This document shows, one piece after another, positions 52,101 to 64,000 of a DNA stretch of 64,000 nucleotides. Each line of letters opens with the position of its first letter. Positions within the stretch are counted from its first letter, which is position 1. Source of the stretch: Bigelowiella natans CCMP2755 (taxonomy: Eukaryota > Protista > Cercozoa); contig ADNK01003025.1 of the NCBI GenBank assembly GCA_000320545.1, positions 1 to 64,000 of the forward strand. Reading direction: 5' to 3'. The translations under genes were made by a program, and so were the position numbers. The notes beneath the pieces were generated by a model. It ran no database searches and was not told where the DNA came from. It saw only the letters and a program-made list of their open reading frames with translations.

Positions 52101-55100
52101 CGACTTCTCACAAGCACGAATCTCACTTTCAATGCTTTGAGTGCTGACATTCACGTATACAAAACAGTGATTACCGACACCACTAATGTCCTAGAAAGGG
52201 TGACTTTTAATGCCCTCTCGGATCTATACTTCAGAGAGTCCTCCGTTTTCAAGAGCGTACATGGCCTTGCCCCAAAAACAAATGTTAGTGCCGACATAAA
52301 GGTGACAGAAGGTCACCTAATTTTGGAAAGCACTGAATTCTACGTTGATGGAGGTGTCTGGGTGCAATCAGAAGTGGAAGATATTGTTGTATCCGACTAC
52401 CCAGGTGCTGGAGCTGGATCAATGATAACAGAGACTCCTGTGACATGGAAAGCAGCTACAGACGTTACCTTTAGAGTCCCTATCAAGGTATTGGGATCAG
52501 GATCAGTATCATTCCATGCTGATAGCGACGAAGACCAAAACGGGGATCTTTCGTTTGATACGACTGCAAGTCTATCCGTTTATGACACTAGTGTGCAACA
52601 GATTTTGTATACCGGGGCTGAATTTATTTTGGAGGCTGAGATCCAAGCTAGACAAGCCAATGTGACGATTCAAGTTTCCAATTACTCATCTTCAGTGTTA
52701 AGCTTAGGCGCTAACAACGGAGGAATGCATCTCTCTAATGCAGAGCTAGCTCGTATTAAGTCGGATACATCCGTAATGTTTGGAAGTTCCCAAACCGACA
52801 AATTATTTGTGGATGCTGCCACGTACAGTAACACTCCTGCAGATCTCTACTTTGTTGCTATCGACAAGGTTGAGTTCAAGACGGGTGCTTCAAATTTCGC
52901 TACCCGTGTTGGTGTGCATTCAGATAAAGACATCACTGTAAGTGCACCTGTGACTACCACTGGTGGTACTATGACCTGGGTTGCAAACGCAGACTGTGGT
53001 GCTACTACTGGCAGTGGTACATTTACTAAGACAGCGTCTGGATCGATCACTACGACGAACAGCGTTATGTGGATTCAGGCGTATGATGTTGCTTTGACCG
53101 GAGCCGGCAAAATTGATACTGGAAATTCCGCATTACATTTTGTTGGATGTGGTGTATCCATTGACGTTGGAGGTGCTGGTCTAACCAAGTCTGGAGAGAT
53201 GCGTATTGACCAGAGCGAGTTGCAGTTACTTGATACTACCAACCTGACATTCAACGCCGAGACGGGAAATATCAATGTATACACAACACTTGACTCCGAT
53301 ACAGCCCTTGTGAATGACCGAGTTACTTTTAATGCCTTAAACACTGTAAACTTCTTCAATTCTTCAGTTTTCAAATCGATTCGTGTCGACTCGAAGTTCA
53401 TCAATGTGCATGGTAGTGGTGATTTGAAGGTCACTGAAGGGCATACCGTTTTCGACGCATCGACTTCTTTTGAAGGCCACCGCGGTGGTAGAGTTGCGTG
53501 TTTCGGACAGAATACCTACGTAATTGGTGGTGGAAAAGCCATATTACATGGAACCTTCCAGCTTGAGATTGACAACCATCTTACGTTTGACACTCCTGTC
53601 GATTTAGTTGGTGATGGATCTGTCCTTATTGAAGCTGATAATGACGGAGACGGTATCGGAACTCTCCGGTTCACCAATAATGCTCGTGTCGAAACTAAAT
53701 CTAGTATCCTTGATCACGTCACTATATCTGCTGCCGATATCGTATTTGACCAAATAGTCGACGCGAAAACTGCGAATCTGACTGTCCAAGTGTCGAATAG
53801 CACCGCATCCAGGATGAGTATCGGTGTTAACCACGGTGGACTTCATCTGAGTAATGCTGAGTTGAACAGATTGAGGACCACCGCAGGATTAACCTTGGGC
53901 GGCTACCACACTGACAGACTTCATGTCGACACAATTGATTATGGCGTTGTACCTAGAGACGTTACATTCTTGTCTCAAAGAGATGTTTATTTCCAAGGTG
54001 GCAGTGCTAAAACAAGAACCTATACTAGAGTTTATGCTATCAACGATATTGTGGTGTCTTCTGCTGTGTCTTCAAATTCAAAAATGGACTGGTATGCAGA
54101 CTTTGACTGCAACAAAACCGGAACTCTGACAGTTGCGTCCACCGGATCTGTCACAAGCATTAAGCACATCACCATTAGGGCCATTGACTACAACATTGTA
54201 GGTAGTATCACTTCCTCTCCTGAAAGGACGAAGTTGATGGGATGTGATGGGTACAGTATCGACGTGGGTGGATACGGAAACACTACTACGGGCGATATCA
54301 AGATTTCACGCGATGAATTACAGAAGCTTACTGGTATGAATGTTACTATTCATGCCAAGAAGGCGAACATCTATGTGTACTATACCGTCGAATCCGATAC
54401 GGCTGGTGTTCAGCGTGATATTAAGTTGGTTGCCGACAACCAGCTGAAGGTCTTTGAGACTAATACCTGGAAAAGTTTGACCGTAACGACCTCGATCATG
54501 AACGTCTCTTCCGACATCAAAGTTACGAAGGAGCATCTTAATCTGAATGTGTTCAACCTTTTGACAGTTGATGCTGGAGTTTACTTTCAATCGGAGATCA
54601 GTAATATTTACGTCAACCACTTTCCTAATCTCCGTATCGACACAAGCACACCAGTAACTTGGAAGAGTGCAGGAGACATTACCTTTGAAGCTCCAATGGA
54701 CATCTATGGATCCAGTGTGTTATTCCTTCACAGTGATAGCAACGAAGATACCAAAGGAACAGTTTCCTTTAGCAGACCAATCACAGTTAAGGACAACGCT
54801 GTGGATTCCGTCCACATCACAGCCGCTGATATTGTTGTCGATTCCTTCCTCACTGCGAAGCAAGCTAACGTAACAATCCACGTTTCGAACTACACAAACT
54901 CAGTGATGAGTGTGGGCGCTAATGCTGGAGGCTTGCATCTTAGTGATGCTGAACTTGATAGAATCACTACAACGTCTTCTCTATTCCTCGGAAGCACCCA
55001 AACTGATACGCTGTATGTAAATGGTGCTACACATCCAGACTCACCTGCAAACGTGCACTTACTGGCAATGGAACTAGTGCAGTTCCAAGGGAGTGGTTCA

Positions 55101-58100
55101 ACTTTCAGAACTAATGTTGGAATTAACTCACTGAAAAACATTATCATTCAAGCTCCTATGAGCACAACTGGTGGAACAGTGAAGATTCACGCAGATTCTT
55201 TGTGCAATAATATTGGAGACGTCACAATTCAACCAACTGGTTCTGTGACTACCCCATACCCTGTTTACGTACAGGCACAGGATGTAAGTTTGTCTGGTAA
55301 AATAAACTCTAAGTTATCCGCAACTCACTTCATTGCATGTAATGGAGTCAACATCGATATCGGAGGCACTGGAACTGAAGGAACCGGTGACATGAAGATT
55401 GATCAGTCCGAACTTCGTTTGATTTCCAGTACAAATGCTACCTTCACCGCTATCAGCGGAAGTATTCACGTGTACGATACCGTATTTAATGACACAAGAG
55501 ATATTAAAGAACGTGTATACATGCGAGCACACGCCGATATTTCATACCGTGGCTCTACGGTATGGAAGTCCATCCGGGGAATGGCACCAAAAGTAAACAT
55601 CTCTCAGGATATGAAGGTGACGGAAGGTCATTTGATCATGGAGTCCAAGGAATACTATGTGCACAAGGATACTTGGATTCAGAGTGAGGCAAACAACATC
55701 TACATCGAGGATTCTGCATCTGGTGCGGGTAGTATGATCACTGAAAGTCCAGTTTACTGGAGGAGCAGTGGAGATATGACCTTTGAAGTACCGATGAAGG
55801 TTCTCGGTTCTGGAACCCTCACATTCCAGGCTGACAGCGACGAGGACAACCTGGGAACTTTGTCTTTTGATTCGACTGCAAGCATCACTGTGTATGACAC
55901 AGCGGTTCAGGAGTTGACATTCACTGGCGCCGATTTGATTCTGGAGGCTGATGTTCAAGCAAGACAGGCCAACATTACAATCCAGGTTTCAAACCACACC
56001 GGTTCGACAATGAGTGTTGGTACGGGTTCTCTCGGTATGCAAGTGAGCAATGCTGAGCTTGGTCGTATTAAGTCGGATACATCCGTAATGTTTGGAAGCT
56101 CGCAGACTGATAAGTTGTTTGTGGATGCTGCCACTTACACGCACACTCCAGTTGATTTGTACTTCGTTGCTATCGACAAGGTTGAGTTCAAGACGGGTGC
56201 TTCAAATTTCGCTACCCGTGTTGGTGTGCATTCAGATAAAGACATCACTGTAAGTGCACCTGTGACTACTACTGGTGGTACTATGACCTGGGTTGCAAAC
56301 GCAGACTGTGGTACTACTACTGGCAGTGGTACATTTACTAAGACAGCGTCTGGATCGATCACCACAACAAATAACGCCATGTGGATCGAGGCATATGATG
56401 TAGTATTGGCTCCCTCAGGTGGAATCAACACTGGGTCGTCTGCCCTTCACTTTGTCGGTTGTGGTGTATCCATTGACGTTGGAGGATCTGGATCTCCTCG
56501 AACAGGAGAGATGGTTGTTGACCGAAGTGAGCTACAGCTTCTGTCGTCAACAAATCTGACCTTCAACAGTGTTGCTGGAAACATTACTGTATATGATACA
56601 GTAAGTTCAGATACGAGTAGTGTCTTTGATCGGGTTACGTTCAATGCCTTCTCTCAACTAGAGTTCATGGGATCATCTATCTTCAAGTCCGTCCGTGGTG
56701 CTTCTCCTGTTATTAATATCATGGATGACATTAAAGTTACAGAAGGACACCTTGTGTTCGAATCCCAAAAATACAGAGTTTTTAGTGGTATTTGGATTCA
56801 AAGTGAGGTCAAGAACATCTACGTCGAGCCCCCCAAGGGTGGATCTGGATCAATGATTATGAGCACTCCAGTGACTTGGAGAGCTGCTGGAGACCTAACA
56901 TTTGAGGTTCCGGTTGACATCGAAGGTTCAGGAGCCGCATACTTCCAGGGTGACTTTGACGAAGATGCCTATGGAACTGTTTCATTTTCACCTGTTTCTA
57001 AGGTATCTGTTGTCAGTTCTTCTTCTGTTGACAGTGTTACCATTCAAGCTGCTGAGTTGATCTTACATCCTGAGCTTGATGCCAAGCACGCTAATGTGAC
57101 TATTCACGTCTCGAACTACACTGGTGCGGTAATGAGCGTTGGTGCTAATCGTGGAGGTCTCCATGTGAGCGATGTTGTAGTTGATAGAATCAAGACAACC
57201 ACTGGCTTAACCTTTGGAAGTACACAAACTGATGTTCTTTACATTGATGGCGTATCCTATTCCGGTACTGCCACCAACGTCTACCTCATCAGTATGAACA
57301 CCATCGAGTTCAGGGGATCAGATTCTTCCTTCTCAACAAATCTTGACATGTATGCAGATCACGATATCGTAAACGATAGGAAAGTCTCGGTCAACGGAAA
57401 ACTTGAAATTCTTGCCGATGCAATCTGCAACAAAACAGGAACCGTATACGTTACTTCCACAGGAAAGTTCATCACCACATCTGGAAAGAAGATTGTAATC
57501 CAAGCTAATGGTTTGGAGTTAAACGGACAGATTAATTCCGGGACAGCTCCAACTCATTTTGTTGGGTGCAATTTGGTCAATATCGACGTGGGCGGGGATG
57601 GCTCCACAATCACAGGTTCCTTGGTTGTCGACCGCGCGGAGCTTAAGCGTATTTATTCCCACAACCTCTCCTTCACTGCAACAAATGGATCTATCTTCGC
57701 ATATCATACAGTATTAGATGATACCCACAATGTCGAGGGACGTGTCACTTTTGCAGCATATGATGAAGTTTCTTTCTTAGAATCCACCGTTTTCAAGGCC
57801 CTTAAGTCTGTTAGTCAGCAAGCCAACATCACGGCGGACATAAAGACTGTGTATCATAATTTAATTTTCGAGTCGCAGTATTATTATGTTCACCCTGGCT
57901 CGTTTATGCAGAGTGAAATTGAGAGCATTTACGTGGGCCCACTCGGTGCATTTGGTGTTATGAATGTTAATACCGGAGATTCTCCAGTGTGGTGGAAAGC
58001 TGCGAAGGATCTTACATTCACAGTGCCACAAAATGTCACCGGCTACAGCATTCTGCAGCTACAGGCTGATAGTGATGAAGATGCTCAGGGTACCCTTTCA

Positions 58101-61100
58101 ATCAGCTCGGGATCCTACGTGTCTGTAGACGGAGCTAGCGTTGATTCGATCATACTCACAGCTGCCGATATCATTCTGGAAGCTGACGTCAAGGCAAGAG
58201 TCGCGAACGTGACTGTTCAACCGTCTAACTATTCTCATTCAGCTTTGAGTGTGGGTAACAACAACGGTGGAATGCACCTTAGCGACAGGGAGCTAGACAT
58301 GATCACAACAAGCTCAGAGCTTTTCCTTGGAAGCCTTCAGACTGATCGCGTGTACATTGACGGTATCAATCACACTGATACTCCAACAGATGTTTTTGTC
58401 GTTGCCAATAACGACATTTTCATCAAAGGAGCTCCAAGTTCCTTCGCAAGTACGCGAGTAAGCATTTGGGCCGACCAACATATTACAGTTACAACCCAAC
58501 TTGATACCAATGGTGGCATTTTAAGTTTTGTTGCAGATTCCACCTGCAACAAAACGGGAAATTTCATCAAATCTGGAGCTGGAGCTATTAATTCAAATGG
58601 CTACCCAATTTACATTCAAACTTATGATGTAGAGACTCAAGGGCCTGGATTGATTGATAGCGGTGGATCGCCAATTCATACCTTAGGCTGCTCCGGCGTG
58701 TCAATTGATGTCGGTGGAACAGGACTCACGCAGACTAGTGACATGCGTATATCCGAGGCAGAACTTTCGCTCATGAAGGGGACAAACATCACGTTTAACT
58801 CCATCGAGGCTCACATCTACGTGTACAAAACAGTGTCGGCAGACACTGAGAAAGTTCGAAACAAAGTCATCTTGAACGCGAACACAACTCTCATCTTTGC
58901 AGACTCGAGCATATTTAAGTCGGTCCTTGGTTTCGCACCAACGATCAACATTACGGCTGATATCAAGGTAACCGAGCACGATCTCCTTCTCGAGGCGAAT
59001 AACTACTTCGTCGATGGTGGAGTTTGGATCCAATCTGAGGTAAATGACGTTTGGATTGCTCCTACTATAGGGGAATCTGGTCATATGGTAACCAATACTC
59101 CACTTACGATCAAGAGTGCCAATGATTTGACGATGGACGTTTCCGTACATGTTTACGGATACGGTTCAGTAATGTTAGAATCAGACAGTGATGAGGATGG
59201 TGCTGGAATGCTTGCCATTTCTCCTGTAGCACCTCTGACTATCAAGGATTCTGCTGTGCAGCAATTGCACTTGACAGGAGCTGATATTGATATTCAGGCT
59301 GCAGTGAAAGCCTTCCAAGCTAATGTCACCATTCAATCTTCAAACCACAGCGGCTCTACAATGAGTGTCGGAACTACTCATGGCGGGCTACATCTGAGTG
59401 ACCCTGAGCTAGATCTAGTTACCTCGACAACTTCCATTCAACTGGGTAGCCTCCAAACGGATCTGCTGTTCATTGACGGTGTATCTAATGCAGATACTCC
59501 AGCCGACATTTATTTCGTTGCCAACAACGAAATAGAGTTTACTGGAACTGCATCCACATTCTCAACACGTCTTGGCATACATGCAGATAATGATGTCAAC
59601 GTCAAGGCTGCATTGACAACAACAGGCACTGTAACCGTTGTAGCTGATGCAACTTGTAACCGAACGGGACTTTTCACGAAGACGAGTACCGGTTCAATTA
59701 AGTCCACTGACAATGTAATGTGGATACAAGCTCATGACGTGATAATGACTGGCCCAGGCCGCTTGGATGCCGGGGCTAGTGCGATTCACTTTGTCGGATG
59801 TGGAGTGTCTATTGATGTCGGTTCCGATGGATCAACAGTATCTGGTGAGATGCGCATTGATCAGTCCGAGTTGCAGCTGCTCACGAGCACCAACTTGACT
59901 TTCAATTCGGAAACTGGAAACATCAATGTGTACACCACAGTTGACACTGATACCACACAGGTGCAGGATCGTGTTACTTTCAACGCGAAGAACTATCTCA
60001 ACTTTAACAATGCTTCTGTTTGGAAATCCATCAGAGCTTCGTCAGACAACATCCAAATCATGCCGTTCGGTGACGTTCAAATTGTTGAGGGTCATGCTAT
60101 CTTCTCTGCGGGAGCCTACCTTGAAGGTTTCTATGGTGGACGTGTGATTTCCAGCGGAAAGAACATTTACGTGGTCGGAGGTGGTACCACCAAACTTCAT
60201 GGCTCTTTCATCTGGAGTGCAGAAGGGGACATTACTTTCGAAACCCAAACATTGATGCAAGGGGGAGGTACTGTTTTCTTTGAAGCTGACCAGGACGGCG
60301 ATAAAATCGGAACTCTCTCCTTTTCGAGCGCAGCTAATCTACAGTCAGTTTCAAGTGATCTCACCCACCTTGTACTGTCTGGAGCCGACCTGATTCTTGA
60401 TAACATGGTGATTGCGAATCAAATGAACATTACTGTCCATGTATCGAATAGCACTGCATCCCAGATGAGTGTGGGTGCAAATCATGGTGGTTTGCATCTT
60501 TCGAATGTCGAGCTTAACAAACTCATGACAAGCACAACCCTGACTTTGGGAAGCCACCAAACCCAACTTCTGTATGTTGATACGATCAATCACGTCCTAA
60601 CTCCGAGTAAAGTAATTTTCTTGTCTCATAGAGACATTGAATTTAAAGGGGGTCCCTCTGTTACAAGAACATTTACCCAAGTGTATGCCGACAATGACAT
60701 CACAGTCAGTTCTGCAGTGTCTGGAACTAGCAGTAACATGGACTGGTTTGCTGATGCAGACTGTAATAGAACTGGAACCCTCTCAATTACTGCGACTGGA
60801 TCTATCTCGACTTCGGGTAAGATCAATCTCCAGGCACAGGATTTCGATATCATCGGAACTGTGCAGTCGAATTCTGCTATGACACAACTAAAAGGTTGTG
60901 AGTTCTTTAATATTGACGTCGGTGGATACGGAAACACTACCACGGGTGATATTAAGATTTCCCGCGCAGAATTGCAGAAGATGAACGGGGGCAATGTTAC
61001 TATTTATGCAAATAATGCCAACATTTACGTCTATTACACCGTAGAATCTGACACTCATGGAGTCACAGACGCGGTGAACTTAATTGCGGACAGGCAGATG

Positions 61101-64000
61101 AAGTTCATTGAGTCTAACGTATGGAAGACTCTCAATGCGAGAACTTCAATCATGAACATTTCATCAGATATCAAAGTCACGAAGAAACATCTCAAGCTTG
61201 AGGTTTTCAACCTCTTGACTGTGGATGCTGGAGTTTATGTTCAATCAGAGACTCAAAACATATACGTGAAGCAATTCCCAAGTCTTCGCATTGATATGAG
61301 TACCCCTGTAACTTGGAAGAGCGCAGGCGATCTTACTTTCGAAGCACCTATTGACATATATGGAACTGCATCTTTGATGTTCGAAAGTGATAGCGACGAG
61401 GATGCAAGTGGTACAACATCATTCACAAGTCCAATTACTGTGAAAGACAACACCGTAGATTCGATCCATATCACAGCTGCTGATCTGATCTTGGAGTCAT
61501 CTCTCACTGCAAGCCAGGCAAACGTAACGATACACCCATCAAATCACTCTGGTTCAACAATGAGCGTCGGTTCCACTACCCATGGAGGTCTACATCTGAG
61601 TGACACAGAATTGGATCGCATAACCACAACTTCCGCGCTTCTCCTGGGAAGTACTCAAACGGACATTCTCTTCATCAACGGAGCGACTCACTCTGACACA
61701 CCTCAGAATGTATATCTGTTGAGTATGACCCGAACTGAATTCAGAGGAAGCAGCTCCACATTCAAGTCTGATCTATCTATTCATTCTGAGACCGACATCA
61801 AAATCGCAGCTCCACTTGTGGTATCTCCCGGAAAGTTCGTCGGTATAGCAGATAATAATTGCAATGATACCGGACTATTTTCTGTAACTAGTAGCGGTAG
61901 TGTTACAACTCCAATGTCCTTGACAGTTAAGACGCACGACATAGATCTTAAGGGCCAACTGAACTCTGGATCTTCTCCAACTTATTTCTTGGGATGCAAT
62001 GGAATCAACATCGATATCGGAGGCACTGGCACTGAAGGAACCGGTGACATGAAGATTGATCAGTCCGAACTTCGTTTGATTTCCAGTACAAATGCTACCT
62101 TCACCGCTGTCGGCGCCAGTATTCACGTGTACGATACCGTTCTAAGTGACACTACTGACATCAAAGAACGAGTATTCATGCGAGCTGACGCCGATATTTC
62201 ATACCGTGGCTCTACGGTATGGAAGTCCATCCGGGGAATGGCACCAAAAGTAAACATCTCCCAGGATATGAAGGTGACGGAAGGTCATTTGATCATGGAG
62301 TCCAAGGAATACTATGTGCACAAGGATACTTGGATTCAGAGTGAGGCAAACAACATCTACATCGAGGATTCTGCATCTGGTGCGGGTAGTATGATCACTG
62401 AAAGCCCAGTTTACTGGAGGAGCAGTGGAGATATGACCTTTGAAGTACCGATGAAGGTTCTCGGTTCTGGAACCCTCACATTCCAGGCTGACAGCGACGA
62501 GGACAACCTGGGAACTTTGTCTTTTGATTCGACTGCAAGCATCACTGTGTATGACACAGCGGTTCAGGAGTTGACATTCACTGGCGCCGATTTGATTCTG
62601 GAGGCTGATGTTCAAGCAAGACAGGCCAACATTACAATCCAGGTTTCAAACCACACCGGTTCGACAATGAGTGTTGGTACGGGTTCTCTCGGTATGCAAG
62701 TGAGCAATGCTGAGCTTGGTCGTATTAAGTCGGATACATCCGTAATGTTTGGAAGCTCGCAGACTGATAAGTTGTTTGTGGATGCTGCCACTTACACGCA
62801 CACTCCAGTTGATTTGTACTTCGTTGCTATCGACAAGGTTGAGTTCAAGACGGGTGCTTCAAATTTCGCTACCCGTGTTGGTGTGCATTCAGATAAAGAC
62901 ATCACTGTAAGTGCACCTGTGACTACTACTGGTGGTACTATGACCTGGGTTGCAAACGCAGACTGTGGTACTACTACTGGCAGTGGTACATTTACTAAGA
63001 CAGCGTCTGGATCGATCACCACAACAAATAACGCCATGTGGATCGAGGCATATGATGTAGTATTGGCTCCCTCAGGTGGAATCAACACTGGGTCGTCTGC
63101 CCTTCACTTTGTCGGTTGTGGTGTATCCATTGACGTTGGAGGATCTGGATCTCCTCGAACAGGAGAGATGGTTGTTGACCGAAGTGAGCTACAGCTTCTG
63201 ACATCGACGAACCTGACGTTCAATAGCGTCACAAAGAAGATCACAGTGTACGACAATTTAATCACTGATACAACGACAGTTGCAGATCGTGTGACTCTTA
63301 ATGCTCACACAAATATTGACTTTTTGGGTTCGTCGTTCTTCAAATCGTTGCGAAGTTCTTCTCCGATTATCAACATCAAGAATGACTTAAAGGTGACTGA
63401 AGGTCATCTTGTTTTTGAATCGGAAAGGTATAATGTGGATGGTGGTATTTGGATTCAAAGTGAGGCAAAGAACATCTATGTCGAACCACCTAAATCCGCC
63501 ACTGGTAAGATGTTCACAAGCACTCCTGTAACATGGAGGTCTGTAGGCGACTTAACCATTGAAGTACCGATTGACGTGAGCGGCTCTGGCTCGTTCATGA
63601 TGGAAGCAGATTATGACGAGGATGCAGCAGGGACAGTTTCTCTAAGCTCTGGCTCTCATGTAAAGGTTGTTGGAGCAACTGTAGACCAAGTTCTTATTAC
63701 TGCTGCAGATTTCATCCTTGAATCGAATATTATTGGGGCTCAGGCCAATGTTTCTATTCAAACTTCCAACCATTCTTCATCAAGAATTAGTGTGGGAAAT
63801 AACCATGGAGGTATGCACATTAGTGATTCAGAACTTGACCGAATAACTACCACATCGGAGCTTGTTATTGGAAGTCTGCAAACTGATCATGTGATATTTG
63901 ATGGAGCTACCCACGCCGACACCCCCGCTGATGTCTTCGTTGTGACGAACAATCGTGTTGATTTTGTTGGTGTGAAATCTACGTTCGCAACTCGAGTTGG
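36793..64000 (+). CDS. Giant secreted/surface repeat protein (signal peptide, WSC domain, >=21 ~370-aa filamentous-haemagglutinin-like beta-helical repeats); 3' end beyond window
   Basis: Exon 1 MASQRSASLLALLAFLITCCRFT is a signal peptide. Small exons follow at ~36971-37034 and ~37248-37438, then one exon from 37568. The ORF track gives 4468 aa to 50976, but the repeat continues in another frame from ~50926 to the window end with no stop seen. Confidence 0.9.
37663..37935 (+). other. WSC carbohydrate-binding domain within the giant protein
   Basis: YLGCYHD...MSPFMCINFC...YAGVQAGDKCFCG...CTRPCG...CGG...DVY: the complete 8-Cys WSC pattern. Confidence 0.92.
55533..56543 (+). repeat. ~1-kb near-identical direct repeat, copy 1 (copy 2 is 6,657 bp downstream)
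   Basis: The sequence matches 62190-63200 with only a few substitutions. Shadow ORFs 55542..55958/62199..62615 and 56135..56431/62792..63088 are near-identical and offset by 6657. Confidence 0.95.
62190..63200 (+). repeat. ~1-kb near-identical direct repeat, copy 2
   Basis: See copy 1 at 55533-56543. Confidence 0.95.

Larger units (their letters stand above)
40100..64000 (+). repeat. Coding tandem array, unit ~1.11 kb (~370 aa), at least 21 units
   Basis: The motif IDVGGxG recurs at ~40912, 42019, 43129, 44242, 45346, 46465, 47584, 48700, 49804, 50931, 52041, 53163, 54261, 55356, 56475, 57585, 58707, 59814, 60915, 62013 and 63132. Confidence 0.92.

Noticed and set aside
39408-63088. Dozens of 60-200 aa minus-strand ORFs over the giant gene
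   Set aside because: Antisense shadows of a long, codon-biased repetitive ORF; they recur with the repeat period and carry no independent motifs.

Overview
Eukaryotic nuclear DNA from an intron-dense protist. Short GT-AG introns often filled with microsatellites, plus a bipartite plastid-type leader, suggest a chlorarachniophyte-like alga (inference). The window opens with the 5' end of an LTR retrotransposon (326-bp LTR, PBS, gag). Eight spliced genes follow in strictly alternating orientation: mitochondrial carrier (-), DHHC palmitoyltransferase (+), cAMP-receptor-like GPCR (-), hypothetical membrane protein (+), a DEP-DEP-PH-3x cyclic-nucleotide-binding-RGS signalling protein (-), a WW/coiled-coil protein (+), a PrpC-like (methyl)citrate synthase with a long bipartite N-terminal leader (-), and a giant secreted protein (+). 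The giant gene starts at 36793 and runs off the window. It has a signal peptide, a WSC domain and at least 21 tandem ~370-aa repeats resembling bacterial filamentous-haemagglutinin beta-helix adhesins, almost all in one >26-kb exon, giving >8,800 aa so far. One apparent frameshift at ~50.9 kb looks like a base-calling error. Exon structures were assembled by eye, so gene ends are approximate where stated.
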